From Acidothermus cellulolyticus 11B (GTDB lineage: Bacteria; Actinomycetota; Actinomycetes; Acidothermales; Acidothermaceae): 32,000 nucleotides of DNA. Where the stretch lies: the NCBI RefSeq assembly GCF_000015025.1, contig NC_008578.1, positions 570,001 through 602,000 on the forward strand, in the 5' to 3' direction. This document shows, one piece after another, positions 1-7,923 of the stretch (the stretch's first letter is position 1; the number at the start of each line of letters is the position of its first letter). The notes under the pieces were generated by a model. The model ran no database searches. It was not told the origin of the DNA and saw only the letters and a program-made list of their open reading frames with translations. The position numbers and the translations under genes are program-made.

Positions 1-318
1 CGCCGCGGCAAGGAGGAATCGCATCACGGTGCCGGCGAGGCCACAGTCGATGGCGGCGGGACCGCGGAGTTCCGCGGGACTGACCAGCCACATGTCACCG
101 GCGTCATCGATGCCCACGCCAAGGGAGCGCAACCCGGCCATCATGAGCTCGGTGTCGCGGGCGCGCAGGCCGCCACGGATTGCCGTGGGTTCGGCGGCCA
201 ATGCGGCGAGCACGAGGGCCCGGTTGGTCATGGACTTGGAGCCGGGGAGGTGGACGACGGCGTCAACGCGTCCGGAGGCGGTTGGCGCAGGCCAACCCGT
301 GAGCTCAGTCGTCGTCAC
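1..318 (-). CDS. aroA: 3-phosphoshikimate 1-carboxyvinyltransferase (EPSP synthase), N-terminal 106 codons; gene runs off the window start
   Basis: Own translation of the minus strand from GTG at 318: [72 protein letters not shown]... LPGSKS-x-TNRAL-x-LAALA is the EPSP synthase N-terminal signature. Absent from the ORF track because there is no in-window stop. Confidence 0.85.
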   Translation of the reverse strand, partial: MTTTELTGWPAPTASGRVDAVVHLPGSKSMTNRALVLAALAAEPTAIRGGLRARDTELMMAGLRSLGVGIDDAGDMWLVSPAELRGPAAIDCGLAGTVMRFLLAAA

Positions 319-491
319 CTCGGCACGCTTCCTGAAGGGTCGTTGGTCATTTTCTGATCATGCTAACAACTGCCGTCCACGCCCGCGCTGGGGCAGTTGT
401 AGCGGGCTGGGACACGCACGCCACCCGCAGTTGGGTCCCCGCCCGCGCTCGGGCGGTTGGGAGCCGGCACGCGCTGGGGCAGTATGAAGGC

Positions 492-1244
492 ATGTGTGGA
501 CGTTACGCCGCGACCCGGGATCCGGCTGATCTCGCAGCTGCCTTTCAGGTCGACGAGGTGGTCGCCGAGCGGGCGTTGCCGCCCCGGTACAACATCGCCC
601 CGACCAATCCGGTGTACGCCGTCCTCGAGCGCCGAGAGAACGGCGAGCAGCTGCGCCGGGAGCTGCGTGTCCTCCGTTGGGGCCTTGTACCGTCCTGGGC
701 CCGTGATCCGCGCATCGGGAATCGGCTCATCAATGCGCGAGCGGAGACGATTGCGGAGAAGCCCGCGTTCCGCCGCGCGTTCGCCGTCCGGCGTTGTCTT
801 CTGCCGGCCGACGGGTACTACGAGTGGTTTCCCCTGGCGGGCGACGGCGGGCGTCGTCCCCGAAAACAGCCGTTCTTCATTCGGCCGCGGGACGGCGGTA
901 TCTTGCCGATGGCCGGGTTGTACGAACTCTGGCGCGACCCTACTGATCCGGACGGCGAATGGCTCTGGACCTGTGTCGTCATCACCACTCGTGCCACCGA
1001 CGAGCTCGGGCGCTTGCACGATCGGATGCCGACTTTCGTCGCGCCGGACGATTGGGATCGCTGGCTCGACCCCCGGCTCGATACTCTGCAGGACATCGCG
1101 GCGCTGCTCCGACCGGCAGCACCTGGATGGCTGGAGGCATATCCCGTGTCGACGCTCGTCAATGATGTCCGCAACGACGGGCCGGCGCTCGTCGAGCCTG
1201 TCGCGCTGCCCGCTGACGTGAGTTCCGCGGGCATTCCGCTCTGA
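492..1244 (+). CDS. SOS-response-associated peptidase (SRAP/YedK family, abasic-site processing)
   Basis: ORF 360..1244 trimmed to ATG 492, so the protein begins MCGRY (the Cys2 nucleophile typical of SRAP). Motifs RYNIAPT, LRWGLVPSW, NARAETI and DGYYEW are present. GAAGG lies upstream of the ATG. Confidence 0.9.
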   Translation: MCGRYAATRDPADLAAAFQVDEVVAERALPPRYNIAPTNPVYAVLERRENGEQLRRELRVLRWGLVPSWARDPRIGNRLINARAETIAEKPAFRRAFAVRRCLLPADGYYEWFPLAGDGGRRPRKQPFFIRPRDGGILPMAGLYELWRDPTDPDGEWLWTCVVITTRATDELGRLHDRMPTFVAPDDWDRWLDPRLDTLQDIAALLRPAAPGWLEAYPVSTLVNDVRNDGPALVEPVALPADVSSAGIPL

Positions 1245-1367
1245 CGCCGCGGCTCCGCACGGCATCTGCGCTTAGTCGCCGCTCTTGCTTCAGCCGCGCG
1301 AGGAGCCACGCAAGCAATCGACGAATCAACCTAGTGATCACGTGATGGGAAGGATGCTGGTGTAGCC

Positions 1368-1709
1368 GTGGATGTTCAGCAAGCCCGCCGGCAGCTGGAG
1401 GAGATGCTCGCCGAGCTCGACAAGTCCCTGGCCACGTTGAGCAATCAGCGCCCGGAATCTGAAGGGCACGGCACTCCCGGCGATGCGGATGCCGGGCTCG
1501 ATCTTGCAGACCACGCCCGGGCGACTGCACTGCTCGAGGTGGCCCAGGAGCAGCGGCGTCAAGTGCTGGAGGCGCTGCAGCGGATTGAGAACGGGACATA
1601 TGGGCTCTGCGTGAGCTGTGGTGCGCCGCTGCCTGAGGGACGGCTGGAGGCGAAGCCGGAGGCGGCCCGGTGCCTGAGTTGCCAGGCCAAGCTCGAAGCG
1701 GGCCGTTGA
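1368..1709 (+). CDS. DksA/TraR-family C4 zinc-finger protein
   Basis: 113-aa ORF with a coiled-coil-like N-terminus and C-terminal CxxC-N17-CxxC ([28 protein letters not shown]). GTG start; the SD is only moderate. Confidence 0.75.
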   Translation: MDVQQARRQLEEMLAELDKSLATLSNQRPESEGHGTPGDADAGLDLADHARATALLEVAQEQRRQVLEALQRIENGTYGLCVSCGAPLPEGRLEAKPEAARCLSCQAKLEAGR

Positions 1710-1783
1710 CCGCAGGTCGCGCGACGACATCGCATGGTCGGGCGGTGCCGTGCGGCCGGCGGCCGAGCCGGATCGCCGGAGCG

Positions 1784-1810
1784 GGAATTGATCGCACCGG
1801 TCCGGCGTTG
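1784..1810 (+). promoter_or_regulatory. SigH/SigR-type ECF promoter (GGAAT-N18-GTTG) upstream of sigH
   Basis: Exact GGGAAT(1783-1788)-18 nt-GTTG(1807-1810) in the intergenic region after the dksA-like stop. Same architecture as the box in front of the thioredoxin operon. Confidence 0.6.
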
Positions 1811-2014
1811 GTGGCGGACGTGGTGACCGCCCCGAGGTGTTCCGCTACGACCGGCGTGTGGACCGTGCGCGGCCGGGTAAGTGCTCCCGTACCAGCGGGC
1901 GGAGCGTGCTCGGGGACGCGGCAACTCGCGGCCGTGCATCCGGTATCGCGGACAATGGTGCAAGCCGTGCCGGCAGACCACAGGCCTCAGTCGGCGACGA
2001 GAGGAGGGCGCGCG

Positions 2015-2653
2015 GTGGCCACAGTCGAGGAATCGGCGGAGCAGCGGACCGTGCGCTTTGAACGCGACGCCTTGCCTCTCATCGACCAGCTGTATTCCGC
2101 GGCGCTTCGGATGACCCGCAATCCGGCGGACGCCGAGGATCTCGTGCAGGAGACGTTCGTCAAGGCGTTCGCCGCCTTCGACCAATTCGAAGAGGGTACG
2201 AACCTCAAAGCGTGGCTCTACCGCATTCTGACCAACACGTACATCAACAGTTACCGCAAGAAGCAGCGGGAACCGCGCCAGACCCAGGGTGGCGATGACC
2301 TTGAGGACTGGCAGTTGGCCCGCGCCGCGGAGCACACCTCGTCCGGTCTGCGTTCGGCCGAGGCCGAAGCGCTCGACCACCTGCCGGATTCGGACGTCAA
2401 AGAAGCCCTGCAGGCGCTGCCGGAGGAATTCCGTCTCGCGGTGTACCTCGCTGACGTCGAAGGTTTTTCCTACAAGGAAATCGCCGAGATTATGGGGACG
2501 CCGATCGGCACGGTGATGTCGCGGCTTCATCGCGGCCGGCGGGCGCTGCGTGCCGCTCTGGAGAATTACGCTCGTGAGCGCGGATTTCTGCGCGGCTCCC
2601 CGGACGGTGCCGTGTCGGACCCCGATGCGGGCGGAGAGGATGGGGTCCGATGA
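2015..2653 (+). CDS. sigH: ECF sigma factor SigH/SigR (thiol-oxidative/heat stress)
   Basis: ORF 1670..2653 trimmed to GTG 2015, which is preceded by GAGGAGGG (2001-2008). Region 2 ([19 protein letters not shown]) and region 4 ([37 protein letters not shown]) are present. 212 aa. Followed by a ZAS anti-sigma gene with an ATGA overlap. Confidence 0.9.
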   Translation: MATVEESAEQRTVRFERDALPLIDQLYSAALRMTRNPADAEDLVQETFVKAFAAFDQFEEGTNLKAWLYRILTNTYINSYRKKQREPRQTQGGDDLEDWQLARAAEHTSSGLRSAEAEALDHLPDSDVKEALQALPEEFRLAVYLADVEGFSYKEIAEIMGTPIGTVMSRLHRGRRALRAALENYARERGFLRGSPDGAVSDPDAGGEDGVR

Positions 2654-2922
2654 GCTGCGGCCGACCGCACGCCGTCCCGTGCTCGGAGGTACTGGAACAG
2701 GTCTACGTGTATTTGGACGGCGAGCTGGGTGCTGAGGAGATCGCCCGCATCCGCCAGCACCTCGACGAATGCGCCCCCTGTCTGGAGGAGTACGGGCTCG
2801 ATCAGTTGGTGAAGAGTCTTGTCGCCCGATGCTGCGGGCACGACCATGCGCCGGATGCGCTGCGGCAGAAGATTCTCGCGAGGATTCGCGAAATTCGGGT
2901 TGAGCTGAGCCGACCGGAGTGA
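2650..2922 (+). CDS. rshA: Zinc-associated anti-sigma factor RshA/RsrA
   Basis: 90 aa. HxxxCxxC motif (HLDECAPC) plus an upstream Cys (VPCSEVLE). Its start overlaps the sigH stop (ATGA at 2650-2653). Confidence 0.9.
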   Translation: MSCGRPHAVPCSEVLEQVYVYLDGELGAEEIARIRQHLDECAPCLEEYGLDQLVKSLVARCCGHDHAPDALRQKILARIREIRVELSRPE

Positions 2923-2932
2923 CCTGCCGCGG

Positions 2933-2959
2933 CCGGCGGCACACGGCACGCGCCGCCGG
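2933..2959. terminator. GC-rich hairpin between convergent rshA and the DUF302 gene (candidate bidirectional terminator)
   Basis: CCGGCGGC (2933-2940) and GCCGCCGG (2952-2959) form a perfect 8-bp inverted repeat with an 11-nt loop, followed by a T/G-rich stretch. Confidence 0.4.
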
Positions 2960-2970
2960 TCGGGTTGGTT

Positions 2971-3020
2971 GTGCGATAACAGACTCAGTCGTGCGGCAAG
3001 AGACTCAGCGGTGCGATAAG
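2971..3020. repeat. 20-bp tandem repeat, about 2.5 copies, spanning the DUF302 gene stop codon
   Basis: gtgcgataacagactcagtc / gtgcggcaagagactcagcg / gtgcgataag. Units 1 and 2 match at 15/20. The TCA (stop on minus) at 3005-3007 is duplicated at 2985-2987. Confidence 0.6.
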
Positions 3021-3412
3021 GCGTCAAGGACCTTGTCGAGCCGGGCGCGTGCTTCCTCGGCGACCGCCCGCAATTCCGGGTCACCGGCGAGATCGGCGAT
3101 GACCATCGGGTCAAGGATTTCGACCCGGGTGGTGTGCGGATCGATCGAACGGACGACGACGTTGCACGGCAGGAGCAGTCCCACCGAGGGTTCACGCTCC
3201 AAGGCGCGGTGCGCGAGCGGGGGATTGCACGCACCAAGAATCACATAGGGATCGTGGTCGACGCCGAGTTTTTCCCGCAGCGTCGCCGCGACGTCGATCC
3301 GGGTCAGAATGCCGAAGCCCTGGTCGGCCAATGCCCGTTCCACGTCGCCGACCGTCTCGTTGAACGTCGCGGGCACGGTAAGACCCTTGCCGTAACTGGT
3401 ATTCGCTGTCAT
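3005..3412 (-). CDS. DUF302-domain protein
   Basis: 135-aa ORF resembling the DUF302 fold family (FGILTRIDVAATLREKLG..., YVILGACNP). GAGGAGG SD upstream of the ATG. Confidence 0.8.
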   Translation of the reverse strand: MTANTSYGKGLTVPATFNETVGDVERALADQGFGILTRIDVAATLREKLGVDHDPYVILGACNPPLAHRALEREPSVGLLLPCNVVVRSIDPHTTRVEILDPMVIADLAGDPELRAVAEEARARLDKVLDALSHR

Positions 3413-3502
3413 GAACTCCTCCTCAGGTGCCGGAATGACCGTCTTTTCGAACGCAGCCGTCCAGGTGTTCAGGTGATCGCCGTCTCCCCGGTGATGGTGT
3501 TC

Positions 3503-3958
3503 TCACGGTGTGGTGGCGAGTTCGACCTCAATGCTCGGCGGAATTCGCAGGCTGTTGTGTACGGTGCAGTGTTCGGCGACGGCTCGCAGGCGCGCAAGAG
3601 TGTCGGCGTCGTAGTCGCCGGGAAGCGCCACGGTGATTCTCACCTCGGCGACGCGGGCGGGATTCGTTCCCATCCGGTACGTCGTCGTGACGGCGAGACC
3701 ATCGGTCGGGTGACCGCGCCGGGCGAGGGCGCGGCGCACGTAGAAGCCGACGCACCCTGCCAGTGAGGCGACGAACAATTCCGTGGGCGTCGGCCCGGTG
3801 TCTTCGCCGCCGGCATCTTTCGGTTGGTCGACGGTGACAGCGTGATCGCGGATCCGTACGGTGAAGCGGTCACCGGTGACGTGCGATATCTCCACGCGTC
3901 CGAAATCCGTGGCCGCCCGCCCGAAATCCGTGGCTGCCCGCGTGACCTCGGCCGTCAT
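3503..3958 (-). CDS. OsmC/Ohr-family peroxiredoxin-like protein
   Basis: 151 aa with OsmC-like motifs (GPTPTELFVASLAGC, AEHCTVHNSL; two conserved Cys). Its start overlaps the thioredoxin stop by 4 nt. Confidence 0.85.
   Translation of the reverse strand: MTAEVTRAATDFGRAATDFGRVEISHVTGDRFTVRIRDHAVTVDQPKDAGGEDTGPTPTELFVASLAGCVGFYVRRALARRGHPTDGLAVTTTYRMGTNPARVAEVRITVALPGDYDADTLARLRAVAEHCTVHNSLRIPPSIEVELATTP
3897..3938. repeat. In-frame 21-bp tandem duplication inside the OsmC N-terminus
   Basis: cgtccgaaatccgtggccgcc / cgcccgaaatccgtggctgcc (19/21 identical). Encodes RAATDFG-RAATDFG on the minus strand. Confidence 0.8.
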
Positions 3959-4326
3959 CCGCGGCTCCCCTCGGCGTCCGCCGCGTCGACCGCGGCCTTG
4001 GTGAGGTCCAATTCGCGCACCGCGCTGATGAGGCGCTCCAGAATCGCGGGCGGCAGTGCACCGGGTTGTGCGAAGACGAGGTTGCCGTCCTTGAAGGCCA
4101 TCAGGGTGGGTATGGAAGCGATCCCGAATTGGCCGGCGAGACGGGGTTGGGCGTCGACATCCACCTTCGCGAAGACGATGTCGGGATGGCGTGTGCTCGC
4201 AGCTTCATAGACGGGAGCGAAGCTCCGGCATGGACCGCACCACGCCGCCCACCAGTCGATCAACGTGATCCCCGGGCGCTGGACGGCGTCTGCGAAGGTT
4301 TCTTCGGTCAGGTTCACAGTGCTCAT
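3955..4326 (-). CDS. Thioredoxin
   Basis: ORF 3955..4404 trimmed to ATG 4326 (MSTVNLTEETF...), preceded by AAAGGAG. Contains the WCGPC active site. 123 aa. Confidence 0.9.
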   Translation of the reverse strand: MSTVNLTEETFADAVQRPGITLIDWWAAWCGPCRSFAPVYEAASTRHPDIVFAKVDVDAQPRLAGQFGIASIPTLMAFKDGNLVFAQPGALPPAILERLISAVRELDLTKAAVDAADAEGSRG

Positions 4327-4338
4327 GGCGACTCCTTT

Positions 4339-4354
4339 ATACCCTACGGGGTAT
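4339..4354. promoter_or_regulatory. Candidate CsoR-family operator 1 (ATACCCTACGGGGTAT)
   Basis: Near-palindrome ATACCC-N4-GGGTAT, 13 nt upstream of the thioredoxin ATG. Similar to the second box at 4419-4434. Confidence 0.45.
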
Positions 4355-4374
4355 CGTATATGCTGCCTCCGCAC

Positions 4375-4400
4375 AACGCCGGGCGGTGCCGGCCTATTCC
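4375..4400 (-). promoter_or_regulatory. SigH/SigR-type promoter for the thioredoxin-OsmC-DUF302 operon
   Basis: The minus strand reads GGAAT(4400-4396)-18 nt-GTT(4377-4375)G. This is the same GGAAT-N18-GTTG as upstream of sigH. Confidence 0.6.
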
Positions 4401-4418
4401 GCACGCCGTACCGTCGAG

Positions 4419-4725
<307 letters not shown>

Positions 4726-4777
4726 CCACCTCGGTTCGCGGTATTAGGCTCGCCGGAGCTGTGGGGCAGAGCACGGG

Positions 4778-5428
4778 TCAGCCGCTGAGCCGGCGGTTCA
4801 GCGCGTCGAGGACGGCGCGGGCGACGGCGTCCGTTTCGTCATTGCGCACCAGTGCGGAACCGGTGAGTATCAATTCGCCCACGCGCGGCACGGAAATCTG
4901 GATGATGCACGCGGCGAGTTGCCGGATGCCAAGGGTGAGGACGCCGGCAAACTCGACGGCGGCCGGCATCCCGAGCAATTCCGCGACCGCGTCCAGCGTC
5001 GCCCGGGCGACGAGCACCGGACGCTGGCTCGCCATCGCACTGCCGGTGGCGCGTCCCTCAAGGTGCTCGGCGCCCACCCGGATACTCACGCAGATTTCCG
5101 CGTCTGAGCCCTGGATGCGCACGGTGATGCCGTCGATGACCGGACGTGCCGGCGTCTCGGCGGCTCGCGGCTGCTCGGTCGGAGCCGGGAGTTCGTCGTC
5201 CTCGAATTGCACAACGCTGACAATGCGGTGGTCGATGTCGATACCGTGCCGGGCGAGCGCGAGCGATTGGACGTCGCGGACTATCTGTTTGGCATTTCGC
5301 GAACGGCTTGCGACAACGTGAATTTCCGTCGGCGCGGCATCAGGTCCGGTGACGACGCTGACGGCCCGCACCCCGGGAACCCGACGGAGCGACTCTTCGA
5401 GTTCAGGCAGTAGCCGCAGGCTGGTCAT
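4778..5428 (-). CDS. Hypothetical protein (216 aa), function unknown
   Basis: Strong SD (GGAAAGGAG) upstream of ATG 5428, and an ATGA overlap with the upstream ORF. Non-repetitive globular-looking sequence. I recognise no family. Confidence 0.7.
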   Translation of the reverse strand: MTSLRLLPELEESLRRVPGVRAVSVVTGPDAAPTEIHVVASRSRNAKQIVRDVQSLALARHGIDIDHRIVSVVQFEDDELPAPTEQPRAAETPARPVIDGITVRIQGSDAEICVSIRVGAEHLEGRATGSAMASQRPVLVARATLDAVAELLGMPAAVEFAGVLTLGIRQLAACIIQISVPRVGELILTGSALVRNDETDAVARAVLDALNRRLSG

Positions 5429-5967
5429 CCACCGCTCCTTTCCCCCGTCTGTTGCTCAGCCGTCGGAGCCGGCGGCGAATCGCCGGCGAGAACGGCACGA
5501 ATCCGCTGTTGAATACTCTCGAGATCGCGCGTTCGGTGGCCGGCGCGTCCGGCGCGCGGCCCGGAGCCGGCGGCGTCGGCGGAGGGGAAACCGCTGCGGG
5601 CACCCGCGCCCATGTCCCGCCGGCTGGTTGCGGCCGGCAGGCCGCTCGAACCGATGTCGCCGGCAAGACGCCAGGCTGCGTCTGAGCGCTCGAACTCGGC
5701 GGCGGCCCGTTCCATCGCCCGGGCGCTGCCTTCGGTGAGAGCCGGCACGAGGGCGGCGACGTACGTGCGGACCTCGCGGATGGCGGCGCGCTGCCACCAG
5801 CGCAGGGTGCGTGCCGTCTGGGTGTCCAGGCCCCGGACGACGGCGCGGTGCAGCTCGTCGTCGAACCGGCGGTTCGCAAGCGGTTCGGCCGTCTCGACCA
5901 GCGCAGCGACGACGGCGGCGACGTCGATCCGCCGTTGGCTCGGGGTCACCGAAATTTCGATCACCAC
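5425..5967 (-). CDS. Hypothetical protein (180 aa), helical N-terminal half and low-complexity C-terminal half
   Basis: ORF translationally coupled to 4778..5428. The GTG start is uncertain (no clear SD). I recognise no family. Confidence 0.55.
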   Translation of the reverse strand: MVIEISVTPSQRRIDVAAVVAALVETAEPLANRRFDDELHRAVVRGLDTQTARTLRWWQRAAIREVRTYVAALVPALTEGSARAMERAAAEFERSDAAWRLAGDIGSSGLPAATSRRDMGAGARSGFPSADAAGSGPRAGRAGHRTRDLESIQQRIRAVLAGDSPPAPTAEQQTGERSGG

Positions 5968-6057
5968 CTCGCATCAGTCGGTGGCGGCATTGGTCCGGTG
6001 GCGGCAGCGTAGTCGATTGGGTCGCGTGCGTTCTCGCGTTCGGCTCGGATGGGCTGC

Positions 6058-6085
6058 CCGTTTGCGGCATGAATATCGCAAACGG
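6058..6085. promoter_or_regulatory. 9-bp perfect inverted repeat CCGTTTGCG-N10-CGCAAACGG (candidate operator)
   Basis: Seen directly in the divergent 600-bp intergenic region, about 90 nt upstream of the minus-strand unknown operon. An AT-rich patch (6128-6150, ATTAG-N4-CTAAT) follows. Confidence 0.3.
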
Positions 6086-6565
6086 TGCCAAAGAGTGGGA
6101 AGGACACCCACGGTTCCCGCCAGCATAGTCACAATTAGCTGACTAATTCTTGCCGTCGGTATCGTCCGCTTGGGCGGGAGTTGTCCGCGTGCCTTGACGT
6201 CGTCCGATCATGTACGTTTCACTCGCCTTCGAGTGCATTTGGTGGCGTGACGTGACGGATCACACACCAGGCGCTCACGTCTCGGGAAAACCCCGTTCCG
6301 AGGCGCACAACTGCAGAAGGGCGGATCGGAGACCGGCGGAGACTCGGACACCGATGATTCGAACAACCTCTCCAGCGGAGCGGATGGCGCACGGGCGGTA
6401 GCGGCGCCCGTGACACAGATTCCGAAGGAGTTGATCGCGGTGGCCAAGATTACCGCAATCGTGGAGAAGCTTCTGTCCGGCGCCAAGGCGAACTGGACCT
6501 GACGATGTTCCGCCGGTCTCCGATTCGCCCCTCTGTCTTCCCCAAGGGGTGAGGAGCGGAAGCAC

Positions 6566-7921
6566 ATGCGCTCGCTACCACGCGCCGCGGCGCTCTACAC
6601 GAGCGCGATGCTGCTGGCCGGTGGTCTGATCTGTGCGCAGGCGCTGCTGCACATTCGATCCAGTTGGTCCCTCGTGGTGCCACTGGTCGCGATCTGTTGG
6701 ATCGGTGAGATCGCTCCGGTCCAATCGCGGCTGCGTTCCCTGTCCATTTCGATGGGTTTTCCGGTCGATCTGGCCGCGGTCTTTCTCGGCGGACCGTGGG
6801 TGGCCGCGCTCGTCGCGACGATCGGCTCTGGTACCCAGCTGGTGTCCCTGCGCTGGTACAAGCGTCTCTTCAATGCGGCCCAGATCGGCGTCTCCGCGTT
6901 CGTCGCCGGCCTGGTCTACCGCCAACTGCCGGGTGCCTCGGTCGGATTCGCGGATCCACGGTTTCCGCACGTGCTTCCGGCCGTCATCGTCACCGGACTG
7001 GTCCTTGCGGTGCTCAATTACTCCTTCGTCGCGACGGCGATTGCGCTCGCCGAACGGCTGCCGATCGGCCGGATTTGGTGGGGCGGCATGTCGGAAACCC
7101 TCCTGCCGAGCATGGGTTACGGCTTCATCGGGCTGGCGATCGCCGTTGTTTGGGCCAGCGGGGTCGGAGTGCTTGCCGGCGTTCTCGTCTTGGCGCCGAT
7201 GCTCGCCGCGCGATGGGCGTTTCAGCAGTACGGCGCCCAGCACGCGGCGTACGAGGCCACCGTCGCCTCACTGATCCAGGCGGTGGAAACCAAGGACTAC
7301 TACACCCGAGGGCACAGTGAGCGGGTCGCTCGTGCCGCTGTCATGATTGGGCGCCGGCTGGGCATGCGCGAAGATCGTCTGGAGATGCTGCGGTACGCCG
7401 GGATGCTGCACGACGTCGGCAAGCTTGGTGTTCCGACGCGGCTGCTGCAGAAGACCGGGCCGCTGGACGCGGCGGAGTTCTCCGCGATCAAGCTGCATTC
7501 GGTTCGGGGTTGCGAGGTGATCGGCGACATCGAATTTCTCGGTGAGGCAGCCAAGGGCATCCGCCACCATCACGAACGCATGGATGGACTCGGATACCCA
7601 GACGGCCTGGCCGGGGATGCGATTCCGGAGTTCGCGCGGATCATCGCCGTCGCCGATGCCTTCGACTCGATGACCTCGACCCGCTCGTACCGCGCGGCAC
7701 GCTCGGTGGAGGCGGCGATAACCGAGTTGCGGCGCTGGTCGGGGACGCAGTTTGACCCAGTGATGGTTGAAGCGCTGATCGCTGCTCTTCAGGAGGAGGG
7801 CTGGACGCCGGCGGCACCCCCGGCCGGCGTTGCTCCGGCCGCGCTGCTGTTCGGCGATCACGATGATCCGGCGAGTCAGGTGGCCGCGGTGCTCCAGCCT
7901 GTTGCCGAACGCGTCTCGTAG
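6566..7921 (+). CDS. Multi-pass membrane HD-GYP domain protein (predicted c-di-GMP phosphodiesterase)
   Basis: 451 aa. Hydrophobic N-terminal half (about 6-7 TM segments by eye). C-terminal YYTRGHSERV, LHDVGK, HHHERMDGLGYP and AVADAFDSMTS motifs. SD GGTGAGGAG upstream. Confidence 0.85.
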   Translation: MRSLPRAAALYTSAMLLAGGLICAQALLHIRSSWSLVVPLVAICWIGEIAPVQSRLRSLSISMGFPVDLAAVFLGGPWVAALVATIGSGTQLVSLRWYKRLFNAAQIGVSAFVAGLVYRQLPGASVGFADPRFPHVLPAVIVTGLVLAVLNYSFVATAIALAERLPIGRIWWGGMSETLLPSMGYGFIGLAIAVVWASGVGVLAGVLVLAPMLAARWAFQQYGAQHAAYEATVASLIQAVETKDYYTRGHSERVARAAVMIGRRLGMREDRLEMLRYAGMLHDVGKLGVPTRLLQKTGPLDAAEFSAIKLHSVRGCEVIGDIEFLGEAAKGIRHHHERMDGLGYPDGLAGDAIPEFARIIAVADAFDSMTSTRSYRAARSVEAAITELRRWSGTQFDPVMVEALIAALQEEGWTPAAPPAGVAPAALLFGDHDDPASQVAAVLQPVAERVS

Positions 7922-7923
7922 CC

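Noticed and set aside
29-487. 152-aa plus-strand ORF at the window start
   Set aside because: Antisense to the aroA N-terminus, whose EPSP synthase signature is unambiguous. Ser/Pro/Arg/Ala-rich.
319-491. LexA/SOS box upstream of the SRAP gene
   Set aside because: No TCGAAC-N4-GTTCGA-like sequence. The only partial matches in the window (for example 10945) are inside coding regions.
1559-2944. 461-aa minus-strand ORF antisense to sigH/rshA
   Set aside because: Arg/Pro/Ala/Gly-rich low-complexity translation with no recognisable domain. It is fully antisense to two well-supported genes. Typical high-GC shadow ORF.
6150-6565. c-di-GMP (GEMM-I/II) or c-di-AMP (ydaO) riboswitch upstream of the HD-GYP gene
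   Set aside because: I could not find the conserved GEMM or ydaO core sequences as I remember them. Kept only as a request for an Rfam scan.
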